The notes beneath the pieces are model-generated. The model made no database searches and was not told the DNA's origin. It saw nothing but the letters and a program-made list of their open reading frames with translations. 64,000 nucleotides of DNA from an uncultured Chloroflexales bacterium. GTDB lineage: Bacteria > Chloroflexota > Chloroflexia > Chloroflexales > Chloroflexaceae. This document shows positions 38,475 to 49,600 of this stretch, in pieces. A program made the translations under genes and the position numbers. Position 1 is the first letter of the stretch, and every line of letters begins with the position of its first letter. The DNA lies in contig CAKZSI010000050.1 in assembly GCA_937918935.1 (NCBI GenBank), forward strand, positions 2,736 to 66,735, given 5' to 3'.

Positions 38475-39809
38475 TCATCGCCCGAATGACACCGACGGCA
38501 AATAGGTCACCAGGGCCGGGAAGAGAATGACCAGGATCACGATGGCCAGTTGCACTGCGATAAATGGCCACACCCCGCGATAGATGTCCTGGGTAGTCAC
38601 TTCAGGCGGGGCGACGCCCTTCAGGTAGAACAGGGCGAAGCCGAAGGGCGGGGTCAGGAACGAGGTCTGGAGATTTGCGCCGAGGATGACGCCGAACCAC
38701 ATCAGATCGACCCCCAGATCGCGCGCGACCGGCACGAACAGGGGGATGACGATGAAGCAGATCTCGAAAAAGTCAATAAAGAACCCCAGAAAGAAGACGA
38801 TCAGCATACTGGCGACCATGAAGCCCCAGAAGCCGCCGGGCAGGTTGGTCATAATGTCGTAGACGAACTTATCGCCGCTCAGGGCCCGGAAAACCAGGGA
38901 GAAAGCCGTCGAGCCGATCAGGATGAACAGCACCATCGTGGTGGTGCGCAGGGTCGCGTCAGACACCTCGCGGAAGGTCCTGAAGTTCAGACGTCGGTTG
39001 AAGGCTGCCAGAATGGTCGCGCCGAGGGCGCCCACCGCTCCGGCTTCGGTGGCGGTGGCCAGGCCGAAGAAGATCGAGCCAAGCACGGCCATAATCAGCA
39101 GCAGGGGTGGCACCATCACCTTGAGCACGCGCACGGCGAGGGCGCTACCCCTGAGCGTGCGTGCCGAGAGCGGCAGCGCGGGGGCCATATCGGGCTTGAT
39201 CTGGGCCACCGTCCAGCAGTAGAAGGCCAGCGCCGCCGCCAGCAGCAGCCCGGGGATAAGTGAACCGATGAAGAGCCGTCCCACCGAGACACCAAGCTGG
39301 TCGCCCAGCACCACCAGCACCACCGAGGGAGGGATGATCTGCCCCAGGGTGCCCGAGGCGCAGATCACCCCGGTAGCCAGTTGCTTGTTATAGTTATAGC
39401 GCAGCATGATCGGCAGGGAGATCAGGCCCATTGCCACCACTGTAGCCGCCACCACCCCGGTCGTCGCCGCCAGCAACGCACCCACCACCACCACTGCGAT
39501 CGCCAGACCGCCGCGTATCGGCCCGAACAATACCCCCATCGTGTCGAGCAAATCTTCGGCCAGGCCCGATTTCTCGAGCATCGCGCCGAGAAATATGAAG
39601 TAAGGGATCGCCAGGAGGGTGAAGTTAGAGGCGATACCAAAGATACGTGACGGCAAGGCGCGGATCAGGATGGGATCAAAGATCCCCAGACTCACTCCGA
39701 TCAGGCCAAAGATGATCCCCACCGCGGCGAGCGAGAAGGCCACCGGGTAGCCGATCGAGAGTATCACCAGGGCCCCGAGAAACATCAACGGACCGAGCCA
39801 CTCGCTCAT
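38475..39809 (-). CDS. dctM: TRAP transporter large permease subunit
   Basis: 444 aa, polytopic. LAIPYFIFLGAMLEKSGLAEDL and GIPPSVVLVV-type motifs. ATG at 39809. Confidence 0.9.
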   Translation of the reverse strand: MSEWLGPLMFLGALVILSIGYPVAFSLAAVGIIFGLIGVSLGIFDPILIRALPSRIFGIASNFTLLAIPYFIFLGAMLEKSGLAEDLLDTMGVLFGPIRGGLAIAVVVVGALLAATTGVVAATVVAMGLISLPIMLRYNYNKQLATGVICASGTLGQIIPPSVVLVVLGDQLGVSVGRLFIGSLIPGLLLAAALAFYCWTVAQIKPDMAPALPLSARTLRGSALAVRVLKVMVPPLLLIMAVLGSIFFGLATATEAGAVGALGATILAAFNRRLNFRTFREVSDATLRTTTMVLFILIGSTAFSLVFRALSGDKFVYDIMTNLPGGFWGFMVASMLIVFFLGFFIDFFEICFIVIPLFVPVARDLGVDLMWFGVILGANLQTSFLTPPFGFALFYLKGVAPPEVTTQDIYRGVWPFIAVQLAIVILVILFPALVTYLPSVSFGR

Positions 39810-39896
39810 GCAACCTCCAACAACGATGTTCAGGTCTTTTCTTGAGCGTTTCCTGAAAAAGCGGGGCGCCAGACGGCCCCAACCCGTCTTGTAAGG

Positions 39897-39925
39897 ATGG
39901 GACAACCGGGTTCCCCCACGGCCCT
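39897..39925. repeat. Degenerate REP-like copy (dctQ-dctM spacer)
   Basis: GGATGGGACAACCGGGTTCCCCCACGGCCC. Confidence 0.55.
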
Positions 39926-39990
39926 CGCCACCGGGGTTTCTTCTCGCCCCTTCGGGAGGGGGCCAACCCACCCCGCTCCGCCACGCCGGC

Positions 39991-40563
39991 CTACTCCAAC
40001 TCCAGCGTATCGCGCCTCTGTTCCTCGGCGACCAGGGAGGGATCAGCGGCGCCCGTGACCACGGCCAGGTTCTTAATTGCCTCAGAGATGCCCTGAATGA
40101 ACAGCAGCACAGGGCTGACGATCAGAAAAGCTTTGAGCGGATAGCGCGGCAGGCCGCCGGGGTCGGGCGACATTTCGCGGATCTTGAAGGCCGTTTGCAC
40201 AACCGGCCAGGAAAAGTAGATCAATAACACACAGAACGGCATCAAGAAGAACAGCGTACCCAGCAGATCCACCAGCGCCTTGCGGCGGGGCGGGTAGTTG
40301 GCATAGAAGAGATCCACCCGCACATGGCCGCCGTGCTTGAGCACATAAGCGCTGCCAAGGAAGAAAATCACCGAGAAGATGTACCACTGGGCCTCGATAT
40401 AGAAGTTCGAGCCAAGCGTGCGGCCAATGGCGCGCCCGACGTAGCGATTCGCCACGTTCCAGACGCCGACGCCGACCACAAGCGGCACCAGCCAGATGGT
40501 AATATTGCCAACTACCTCGGTGAAGGCGTCAATCACCTTTGAAAGACGGAGCAATCCTTGCAC
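39991..40563 (-). CDS. dctQ: TRAP transporter small permease subunit
   Basis: Four-TM 190-aa protein directly upstream of dctM. The GTG at 40563 is preceded by GGAGG. The longer tracked ORF (to 40896) runs through a REP element. Confidence 0.75.
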   Translation of the reverse strand: MQGLLRLSKVIDAFTEVVGNITIWLVPLVVGVGVWNVANRYVGRAIGRTLGSNFYIEAQWYIFSVIFFLGSAYVLKHGGHVRVDLFYANYPPRRKALVDLLGTLFFLMPFCVLLIYFSWPVVQTAFKIREMSPDPGGLPRYPLKAFLIVSPVLLFIQGISEAIKNLAVVTGAADPSLVAEEQRRDTLELE

Positions 40564-40772
40564 GCGACAACCTCCGCTGGGTCCCGGTTGAGCCGGAGCT
40601 GACCATCTGGCGCATGGGCGCCCCCTCAGGCTCATGCCAGGAGCCTGGCCGTGCGCGCCGCATGGCGCGGTAAACGGCATATCTGAAGCGAAACTGTTGT
40701 TGATCGAACAATGGGAAACGCGAAATGCGTACAGTGCATCATACCGCTTCTGGCGGGATCTGTCAAAGAACC

Positions 40773-40833
40773 AGAGGGGTGGGGAAATCCGGTTTCCCCA
40801 CCCCTCTGCCGGATGGGAGGGTGAAACCCTCCC
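40773..40833. repeat. Best-preserved REP-like composite copy
   Basis: Perfect 15-bp stem AGAGGGGTGGGGAAA-TCCGG-TTTCCCCACCCCTCT, then GCCGGAT and the second hairpin GGGAGGG-TGAAA-CCCTCCC. Confidence 0.95.
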
Positions 40834-40856
40834 AGGACCCCCTTTTGAACGCGGGA

Positions 40857-42734
40857 CTACTCGTGGGTCGGCCCCCAGTTCCTGGGAGTGCGCCACAGGC
40901 TGGAGAGGATCAATTCGCGCACGTAGACCATTTCCTTGGGCAGCCGGTCGTAGAGCTTGATGAACAACTCCTCGTGGAGCAGGATCTCGTTCTGCCAGGC
41001 CTCGACGTCAATGTGCATCACCTTGTCGAACAACTCCCGGCTGAACTCAAGACCGCGCCAGTCGAGGTGATCGTAGCAGGGAATCCAGCCAATCGGGCTC
41101 TCGACACTGAAGGCCTCGCCGTGGGCGCGTTGCACGATCCACTTGAGCACACGCATATTGTCGCCAAAGCCGGGCCAGATGAACTTGCCGTTCTCGTCCT
41201 TGCGGAACCAGTTGACGCCGAAGATGCGCGGGGGGTTGAAGATCTCGCGCCCAAACTGCAACCAGTGGTTGAAGTAATCGGCCATGTGGTAGCCGGCGAA
41301 GGGCAGCATGGCGAAGGGATCGCGCCGGACCACGCCCTGCTGGCCGAAGGCGGCCGCCGTCGTCTCTGATCCCATCGTGGCGGCCAGGTAGACCCCGTAG
41401 TTCCAGTTGAAGGCCTGGTAGACCAGGGGCACGGTGGTGCTGCGGCGCCCGCCGAAGATGAAGGCTTCGATGTGTACGCCTCTGGGGTCGTCCCAGGCCG
41501 GATCGAGCACCGGGTTGTTGGTCGCCGGGGCGGTGAAGCGCGCATTGGGGTGCGCCGCCGGGGTGGTGCTCTCCGGCGTCCAGTCGTTGCCGCGCCAGTC
41601 AATCAGGTGGGCCGGCTTCTCTTTGGTCATACCCTCCCACCAGACGTCGCCATCGTCGGTGAGGGCCACGTTGGTAAAGATGGTATCGCGCTTGCAACTC
41701 TCCATCGCGCTGGCGTTGGTATCGTAGGAGGTGCCGGGGGCCACGCCGAAGTAGCCCGACTCGGGGTTGATCGCGTAGAGCTTGCCGTCGGGACCTGGCT
41801 TGATCCAGGCGATGTCGTCGCCTACGGTGGTCACTTCCCAGCCCTCGTCCTGGAACGCCTTCGGAGGTTGGAGCATGGCGAAGTTGGTCTTGCCGCAGGC
41901 CGAGGGGAAGGCGGCCGCCACGTAGGTCTTGCGCCCGGTCGGGTCCTTGACGCCCAGGATGAGCATATGTTCGGCGAGCCAGCCCCCCTGGCGCGCCATC
42001 ACCGAGGCGATGCGCAGGGCGAAGCACTTCTTGCCCAGCAAGGCGTTCCCGCCATAGCCCGAGCCGTAGCTCCAGATCGAGCGCTCCTCGGGGAAGTGCA
42101 CAATATACTTGACGTTGGGGTTGCAGGGCCAGGGCACGTCCTTCTGACCCGGCTCCAGCGGCGCGCCGACGGTGTGGGCGCAGGGTACGAACTCACCGTC
42201 CGTACCGAGAATATCATACACTGCCTTGCCCATACGGGTCATGATCCGCATGTTCACCACCACGTAGGGCGAATCGGTGATCTCGATGCCGATATGAGAG
42301 ATCGGCGAGCCCAGCGGCCCCATGCTGAAGGGGATGACATACATCGTCCGGCCACGCATCGAACCGGTGAAGAGCCCGTTGAGAATCTCTTTCATCTCTT
42401 TCGGGTTCATCCAGTTGTTTGTCGGACCGGCATCAGCCTTGGAGACTGAGCAGATAAACGTGCGATCCTCGACCCGCGCGACGTCGCTGGGGTCCGAGCG
42501 GGCGAGAAAACAGTTGGGGCGCTTCTCAGGATTGAGGCGGATGAAGGTGCCGCTCTCGACCATCTGCTCGCAGAGCCGGTCGTACTCTTCCTGCGACCCG
42601 TCGCAGAAATGCACTGCGTCAGGCTGGCACAACGCGGCCATCTCCCTGACCCATTCCTTCAGCCGCCTGTGTCTGATGTACTCTGGAAATGAAATGTCCA
42701 GCTGTTTTACGGCCACAGTCCCTGGAGTGCTCAT
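40857..42734 (-). CDS. pckG: Phosphoenolpyruvate carboxykinase (GTP)
   Basis: 625 aa. FPSACGKTN kinase-1a motif, [32 protein letters not shown]. Strong GGAGGGAGG SD. Confidence 0.95.
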   Translation of the reverse strand: MSTPGTVAVKQLDISFPEYIRHRRLKEWVREMAALCQPDAVHFCDGSQEEYDRLCEQMVESGTFIRLNPEKRPNCFLARSDPSDVARVEDRTFICSVSKADAGPTNNWMNPKEMKEILNGLFTGSMRGRTMYVIPFSMGPLGSPISHIGIEITDSPYVVVNMRIMTRMGKAVYDILGTDGEFVPCAHTVGAPLEPGQKDVPWPCNPNVKYIVHFPEERSIWSYGSGYGGNALLGKKCFALRIASVMARQGGWLAEHMLILGVKDPTGRKTYVAAAFPSACGKTNFAMLQPPKAFQDEGWEVTTVGDDIAWIKPGPDGKLYAINPESGYFGVAPGTSYDTNASAMESCKRDTIFTNVALTDDGDVWWEGMTKEKPAHLIDWRGNDWTPESTTPAAHPNARFTAPATNNPVLDPAWDDPRGVHIEAFIFGGRRSTTVPLVYQAFNWNYGVYLAATMGSETTAAAFGQQGVVRRDPFAMLPFAGYHMADYFNHWLQFGREIFNPPRIFGVNWFRKDENGKFIWPGFGDNMRVLKWIVQRAHGEAFSVESPIGWIPCYDHLDWRGLEFSRELFDKVMHIDVEAWQNEILLHEELFIKLYDRLPKEMVYVRELILSSLWRTPRNWGPTHE

Positions 42735-42986
42735 GCCTCCCTCCCTGCGCTGCTACTGCTGTTGCTCCGCTGCGTGGCATACCCGGTTTAACATTCCGTG
42801 AATGTGCCAATCATACCATAGATGTGAGCCTGATTTGCGGGGGAAAAAGTCACGGATTATACTGAATGTCGCAACCGCAACCGTTTGTGAGGGAACGATC
42901 ATTAGGAGGGCTTCCCTATCCCAAACCCTTCCCTCTCGTGGAGGGGTGCGGCGCAACTGCCTGACTGTCAGAGAAAGACCTCCGCT

Positions 42987-43754
42987 ATGCCCAGGATCGA
43001 TCTCAACTGCGACTGCGGCGAGAGCTTCGGCGTCTGGTCTCTCGGCGATGACGAGGCCGTGCTGCGCCACGTGACCTCGGCCAGTGTGGCCTGTGGCGCC
43101 CACGCGGGCGACCCCGAGGTGATGCGGCGCACGGTGCGGCTGTGCCGTTCCCTGGGGGTGGCCGTCGGGGCGCACCCCGGCTTCCCCGATCTGCCGGGCT
43201 TCGGGCGCCGTCCGTTGCCGCTCACTCCATCCGAGATTGAAACCAGTGTACTGTTCCAGATCGGTGCGCTCCACGCCATCGCCCGCGCCGAGGGCGTGGC
43301 GTTGCGCCACGTCAAGCCCCATGGCGCGCTATACAACCTGGCGGCGAAGACCCCCGCCGTCGCGGAGGCCATCGCCCGTGCGGTGGCCGCTTTCAGCCGC
43401 GAGTTGATCCTGGTGGGTCTGGCCGGTTCGGTGCTGGTGGAGGCCGGCCTGGCCGCCGGGCTGAGCGTGGCCAGCGAAGCCTTCGCCGACCGGGGCTACG
43501 CCGCCGATGGCGCCCTGCTCCCCCGCGATGCGCCGGGGGCGCTCATCCTCGACCCGGAGCGGAACCTGGCCCAGGCGCTGAGCATCGTTACCACGGGTCA
43601 GGTGGTCGGTCCCGAGGGGCAGGCCGTCCCCGTGGTCGCCGATACGCTCTGTATCCACGGCGATACGCCCGGCGCCGCCGAGCGGGCCGCGTTGCTGCGC
43701 CAGGGCCTTCTGGCGGCGGGGGTCGAGGTGCGGGGGATGGGGGTGTGGAGATGA
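42987..43754 (+). CDS. pxpA: 5-oxoprolinase subunit A (LamB/YcsF family)
   Basis: [12 protein letters not shown]...[15 protein letters not shown]...VKPHGALYN. Confidence 0.9.
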   Translation: MPRIDLNCDCGESFGVWSLGDDEAVLRHVTSASVACGAHAGDPEVMRRTVRLCRSLGVAVGAHPGFPDLPGFGRRPLPLTPSEIETSVLFQIGALHAIARAEGVALRHVKPHGALYNLAAKTPAVAEAIARAVAAFSRELILVGLAGSVLVEAGLAAGLSVASEAFADRGYAADGALLPRDAPGALILDPERNLAQALSIVTTGQVVGPEGQAVPVVADTLCIHGDTPGAAERAALLRQGLLAAGVEVRGMGVWR

Positions 43755-43849
43755 AAGCACGGATATCTAGCTCTACACCTCGACACCTCCTCAGATCGTT
43801 GATGATGCACACGATACCTGAGCCTTCCTGAACCTATGACTCACCAACC

Positions 43850-44503
43850 ATGACCCTTGCCTGGAGCTTCACGCCCCTGGGTGAGGCGGCGCTGCTTGCC
43901 GAGGCGGTCACCGCCGATCACGACGCGGCCAACCGGGCGGCCCTCGCCGCTGCTGCTGCCCTCGAAGCCGCCCCGCCGCCCGGCTTCATTGCTGCTACCC
44001 CGGCGATCGCTTCGCTGCTGGTGTGCTTCGACCCGCTGGTCACCGGCCACGCCGCGATGATGGCCGTTGTCCGGGCCTTGCTGGAGGATCCACCCCCGTT
44101 ACGCGAGCAGGGGCGTGTGGTGATGATCCCGGTGACCTACGGCGGCGAGGCCGGCCCCGACCTGGACGACGTGGCGGCGCTCCTGGGCATAACGCCCGGC
44201 GAGGTGATCGCGGCGCACACCGCCGGCCCGTTCCGGGTGATGATGATCGGTTTCGCGCCAGGGTTCCCCTACATCGGGCCGCTGCCCGCGCGCCTGCGCG
44301 TGCCCCGGCGCGCCACGCCCCGCGCCGCCGTGCCTCCTGGCTCGGTGGCCCTCGCGGCGGGGCTGACCGGCATCTATCCGGCGCGGCTCCCCGGCGGCTG
44401 GCACCTGATCGGGCGCACCAGCCTGCGACTCTTTGATGCCGCTGCCGAGCCAGTGGCGCTGCTGGCCCCGGGCGATCTGGTACAATTTGTGGCCGATGCT
44501 TGA
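43850..44503 (+). CDS. pxpB: 5-oxoprolinase subunit B (KipI / allophanate hydrolase subunit 1 family)
   Basis: MIGFAPGFPYIG and LPGGWHLIGRT. Confidence 0.85.
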   Translation: MTLAWSFTPLGEAALLAEAVTADHDAANRAALAAAAALEAAPPPGFIAATPAIASLLVCFDPLVTGHAAMMAVVRALLEDPPPLREQGRVVMIPVTYGGEAGPDLDDVAALLGITPGEVIAAHTAGPFRVMMIGFAPGFPYIGPLPARLRVPRRATPRAAVPPGSVALAAGLTGIYPARLPGGWHLIGRTSLRLFDAAAEPVALLAPGDLVQFVADA

Positions 44504-45488
44504 TGTGATCGCCAGTGGCCCGTTGTTGACGGTGCAGGATCTCGGACGGGCTGCCGCTCGGCGCTATGGCGTGCCCGTCGGCGGCGCGATGGACCGCTTC
44601 GCCCTCGTCGCCGCCAACCGGCTGGTGGGCAACCCGCCCGGAGCGGCGGCGCTTGAGATCACCGCCGGAGGCGCCGAACTGCTCGTGAATGCCCCGGCGC
44701 TGGTCGCGGTCACCGGGGCCGATCTTGGCGCCCGCTGCAACGACCGGCTTCTACCCCTCTGGACAGCCGTGCGGGTTGGACGTGGCGAGCGTATCCGTTT
44801 CACGGGGCGCTCCCGCGAGTGGGGCGCGCGGGCCTACCTGGCCATGGCGGGAGGCATTGCCGTACCTGCGGTGCTCGGCAGCCGCGCGACCGACCTCGCC
44901 AGCGGGTTCGGCGGCCTGGCGGGCCGCCCGCTTCGCCCGGGGGATCGCCTGCCGACTGGCCCGCCGCCGCCGCTGGTCGAACTGGGCCTGGGGCGCTACT
45001 GGCCGCCCGCGGCCCGTCCCCCTTACAGCCCGCTGCCGACCCTGCGGCTGCTCCACGGGCCGCACAGCGCCAGCTTCGCTCCTGAAGCTCTGGAGTTGCT
45101 GACCACGCGGAACTGGCGGGTTGGCGCCACCTCTAATCGTATGGGCTACCGGCTGGAGGGACCGCCTCTGGCAGCTATGCGCCCTTTCGATGTGCCTTCC
45201 CTCGGGGTCGTTCCCGGTGTTATCCAGGTGCCACCCGATGGCGCGCCCATCCTGCTCATGGCCGACGCCCAGACCACGGGGGGCTACCCGGTCATCGGCA
45301 CGGTGATTGGCGCAGATCTGCCCCTGGCGGCGCAACTGCTCCCCGGCGATGCCCTGCGCCTGGTTCTAGCCACGCTGGAGGAAGCCCTGGCCGCCCACCG
45401 CACCCTGATGGCGCTGCTGGCCCGGCCGCTCGATGCCGACGAGGGCGACCTGCTGGCGGCCATGGCGGGAGAAGGGCCGCAGCGTTGA
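44496..45488 (+). CDS. pxpC: 5-oxoprolinase subunit C (KipA / allophanate hydrolase subunit 2 family)
   Basis: GPLLTVQDLGR...GVPVGGAMD...ANRLVGN and ADAQTTGGYPVIG. An 8-nt overlap with pxpB. Confidence 0.85.
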   Translation: MLDVIASGPLLTVQDLGRAAARRYGVPVGGAMDRFALVAANRLVGNPPGAAALEITAGGAELLVNAPALVAVTGADLGARCNDRLLPLWTAVRVGRGERIRFTGRSREWGARAYLAMAGGIAVPAVLGSRATDLASGFGGLAGRPLRPGDRLPTGPPPPLVELGLGRYWPPAARPPYSPLPTLRLLHGPHSASFAPEALELLTTRNWRVGATSNRMGYRLEGPPLAAMRPFDVPSLGVVPGVIQVPPDGAPILLMADAQTTGGYPVIGTVIGADLPLAAQLLPGDALRLVLATLEEALAAHRTLMALLARPLDADEGDLLAAMAGEGPQR

Positions 45489-45513
45489 CCGAGCCAACGC
45501 TGCGGCTCTTTTT
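45476..45513 (+). terminator. Rho-independent terminator of the pxp operon
   Basis: 12-bp perfect stem GCCGCAGCGTTG / CAACGCTGCGGC with a 7-nt loop, followed by TCTTTTT. Confidence 0.7.
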
Positions 45514-45557
45514 CGTCTCCGCGCCCTCGGCAGTGAGGATGTCTCCAGTCGAAGGGG

Positions 45558-45968
45558 TCAGGTTCGCACGCCGATCAGCACATTACTCACCACCAGCACC
45601 AGCAATACGCTCAGGGAAGCCAGCGGCGCCCAGCGTCCCAGGCCCCGCAGGGGGTTGCGTCCCCCAACAGCCATATGCGCCAGCCCGGCGGCCAGAATGC
45701 CAATGAGCGGGTGCAGGATGAAGGGGAAGCTCAGGTAGCGCGCCTGAGCCGCGCCCGAGGTGTTGAACAGCAGAAAGATCCAGAAGATGATGCCCAGCCC
45801 TGCTTGAAGATCCACCAGCACGGGAAATACGCGGGTGAGAGGACTGCGGGGCGCGTTGGGCCGGTAGGTGACAACGAGGTAGATCGCCATGGCCACAATG
45901 ACCAGCGGCAGGATCATCTCGCCAACGATGCTGTGGATCTGGAACACGACGCTGAATACGGGACCCAT
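45558..45968 (-). CDS. Small integral membrane protein (4 predicted TM helices), unknown function
   Basis: Hydrophobic periodicity. The ATG at 45968 is preceded by GGAGGAG. Confidence 0.6.
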   Translation of the reverse strand: MGPVFSVVFQIHSIVGEMILPLVIVAMAIYLVVTYRPNAPRSPLTRVFPVLVDLQAGLGIIFWIFLLFNTSGAAQARYLSFPFILHPLIGILAAGLAHMAVGGRNPLRGLGRWAPLASLSVLLVLVVSNVLIGVRT

Positions 45969-46286
45969 GATAGATGCTCCTCCAGGGCTAATACCATACC
46001 ACAATGAGACCAGGAATCCTCCTGGTAAAGGAGGTCTGGAGGGGCGAAAACCCTCCGAGAGCCTTTAGAGCGCTGCGGCTGCGCCGCGCCGCACCGGAAA
46101 AAGGGTAATCCTGTGTGGGGCCGCAGGCCCCCGCCACTCCTGCGAGACAACGTCTTGTTGTAGTACTAATTGGCTATGTTCCCGGGGGATGGATGGTAAC
46201 GAACTGGTTACATCCCCGACGTATGCTTCACCTGTATGATGATACCTGTGAGCGCGCCGCCGATGGCGGCCAGAGAGGAAACGGGC

Positions 46287-46529
46287 ATGGCTACGCGCAG
46301 AGTCGAGTCCTTCTTGCTCCGTATTGTCGTCTCCGAGGATCACCCATCGATCCCGGAGCGCTGGCGGGGCAGGATCCAGCATATTGCTACCGGCGCCGAA
46401 CGACAGGTTGATGAACTGGCGCAGATCGTGGCCTTTATCAATAGCCATCTCTACACCCTGGCTACGCCGGACCACTCGAATACAAGCGTTGAGACGCCTG
46501 ACTTTTCCAACTTCCCCAATCAATCTTAG
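46287..46529 (+). CDS. Small hypothetical protein (80 aa)
   Basis: MATRRVESFLLRIVVSEDHPSIPERWRGRIQHIATGAERQVDELAQIVAFI. The protein looks like real coding sequence. The ATG at 46287 lies within the longer tracked ORF. Confidence 0.45.
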   Translation: MATRRVESFLLRIVVSEDHPSIPERWRGRIQHIATGAERQVDELAQIVAFINSHLYTLATPDHSNTSVETPDFSNFPNQS

Positions 46530-46673
46530 CGCGTATCCGGACAACTTCTTCGGGAAGGTCTGGGAGGGCCCGGCTCCCCCAGGAACGCTCTTCCCTGTGC
46601 CCCTGGCTGCGGGGCGGGTCTGGCCCTCCCAGGCCCGTCCGGAGCGTATCTCCTGGAGGTGGTAGGGCGGCGC

Positions 46674-49600
46674 TTACGGCGCCAGAAGGTTCCTGCGTAT
46701 CTTCTGATAGATCGCCACCGTTTCGGGCAGCGGCTCAACGCCGAGTTCCTGGTGCAGCGCGGCGACGCAGCGGTTGTAGAGCCGCAGCGCCGTGCTGCGT
46801 TCACCGAGGACGCTGTAGGCCCGCATCAGCAGTTGGTAGGCCTCCTCCTGGGCATGGTCATACTCCAACACGCGCCAGGCCAGACCGATGGCTTCGTGCG
46901 GGTTGCCGTCTTCGAGCAGCAGATTGCCCAGGCGCAGCGACGCCTCGGTGAAGAGCAGCTCCAGGCGTTCCCGCTCCACCACTGACCAGTCTTCGTAGAG
47001 ACAATCTGGCAGGAACGGTCCGCCGTAGAGGCTGATCGCCTGGCGAAAGTGGGCAATGGCCTCGGCGCGTTGTCCCCGTTGCAGGGCGTTCCGTCCCTGC
47101 TCCACCGCCTTGGAAAACTCTGCGGCGTCGTAGCCGTGGTCGCTTTCGACATTGAAGCCGTAGGTGTCGCCCTGTTGCAGAATGTAGTACATCGGCGCGC
47201 CCTCGGGCCGGTTGGGTTCAATCGCTTTAGTCAACCGGCTGATGGTAACGCGGAGGTTATTGGCCGCGGCTTCGTTGTCGAGGCCGGGCCAGAGCATGTC
47301 CATGATCCGGTCGCGGGGTAACATGCGCCCGCGTTCGACCAGCAGCAGTTGCAACAACTGGCGCGCCTTGATACTGCGCCAGTCGCGGTCACGGATCTCG
47401 ACGTCGCCGCGCCAGACGCCGAAGGCCCCCAGGGTGCGCACGTTGAGGCGATACGCGGGGCGATACACCAGGCGTTCCAGGGCGCTCTCGGCGGCGCCGC
47501 GCACATCGGGATGGCGGTCCTTAAGCATCGTTCGGAGGGTGGCGTAGGCCTGCGCGGCGCCCAGGTCGCCCAGGAGCCCGGCGATGCGTGCGCGGATTGC
47601 CGGAGAGGTATGACTGGAAAGCATCTGCAACAGCAGTGCCGGCGCGGACCGAGGGATCTGGCAGCGCAACACCTCGCCGACCGCCACGGGTGCCAGGTCA
47701 TGTTCGATGGCGCTGGCGACGGCCTGCTCAACCACGGCCTGCGGCAATCCGGGCAAAAAGCCGAAGCGGTGGCGCTCACACAGGTTCCAGCCGGCCCGCA
47801 GAGCCTGCAATGAGGTGTCGGAGTGGCCCAGGCGTTGTTCGAGAGCCGCCCGATAGATCTGGACCGAGGCCAGGAACAGGCCATCGCCACGGGCCAGCAT
47901 CTCGCCAGCAAGTTCGGCGGCCAGATTGGCGGCCCGTTCGGTTTCGCCGCCCTCACCGAGCACCACCAGCAGGTAGAGTTGGAGCCAGAGATCGTGGGTG
48001 CTCTGGGCAGGCGGCGCAAGGTCGCCTGGCGTCTGGACCCGGTTTGTCGCCGTAGCCACGGCGGGATCGGCGCCAACGGCGCGCGAGCGCCGCATCAGGT
48101 CGAGGGCCGCGGCGGTCGCAACGGCATCCTGCCCGCCACGGCGAGCCAGGTAGGCCTCAATCACCTGGGCGCGGGTGAGGAGGGACGCCGAACCGCTGGC
48201 ATTCGCGATGCTCCGCGCGCGTGAGAGGTACGTCGTCGCTTCTTCCGTTTCGCCCTGTTCGACCAGCAGGAGGGCCAGGAAGGCGGCGCTCACGCCGATG
48301 ACGCTCTGCTGCTCATAGACGCTCAGGCGGCGATACGCATCGAGGGCCACGAACACCGCCTCGCTGACCTGGCCCTGCTGGTACAGCGCCAGGGCCTTGA
48401 GCAACAGCAGATTCTGATGCAAGCGGTCGTCGCGTTCCACCTGGGGCATCTCCAGCGCCTGACCGATGGCGGTGAGCGCCGCTTCGGGATAGCCCTGTTG
48501 CGTGTGGATCGAACTGACGATCATGGCCAGCAACCACTGCCAGAAGACGCTGCGGGGATGGTGCGTGGCGTGGGCGGCGACGCGCAGGGCGGCGGCGTAG
48601 CGGCCACGGCTGTAGAGCAATGCGGCGGTCGAGGCCAGGGCGGCGCCCCTGGCCCACGTGTCACGCACGCGATTGGCGGCGTGCACGGCGCGCACGCAGA
48701 CATTGGCGAAGTCAGCGGGGCGTCCCTCCCAGAAGATCAGCGCAGCCACGTCGCTCAGGGCACGCAACTCACGCTGATAATTACCTTCGCGGCGGTACAG
48801 TTCGGCGGCGCGGCTGATCGCCTGCAGCGCCTGATCGGGATTTGAGGCGGCCATGCTCCAGCCCCACATGTGCAACAACTCTGCGTCGCGCTCGCGGCGC
48901 TCAACGGGCAGGCTCTCCAGCCAGGCGCGAATACTGTCGCGCTGCGGGCTTTCGATCAGTGGCCAGGCCCGGCGGCGCAGGGCTCCGGCTATGGCCTCAG
49001 CATCACCGGCGGCGCTGTAGTGGGCCATGGCCGCTTCGAGCCGGCCCCGTCGCTCGAAGGCCGCGCCGTAGCGCGTGTGCAGTTCCACCAGCGCCTGTGC
49101 GTCAAGGGTGTGGAGGGCGCGCTCGCGCAACAGCCGGCTCCACAGGGGGTGGAACCGGTAACTCGGTACACTGCTTTCTCCCGTATCAACCAGCGAGATC
49201 GGCAGACCTAGTTGCACACAGCGGTTGATGAGCGCCTCTGCTTCGGGGCGCCCCAGCGCTTCGGCGATCAGAGGCGCGTCGAACTGATCGGTCAGCGCCG
49301 CCTGGGAGAGAAACTCCAGCAGATCCTGCGGCAGGTTCGCCAGCACCTCCGAGGCCAGATAGTCGAACAGGCTGCGCTCACTGCTGTCGAGGGTCTCCAG
49401 GTAGGCGCGGCGTTGCTCGGGGGCGAGGCGCGCCAGGGCCCGGGCGGCAAGTTGCACGCTGAGCACCCAGCCCTCAGTGCGCTGGAGCAGCAGATCAAGT
49501 TCCTCGGCGGGGAGGCGCACCCCCGCGCGCGCGAGCAGTTCGGCCGCCTCCTCGCGGGTCAGCGACAGATCGCCCTGTTCGACCTCGACCAGCGCGCCCT

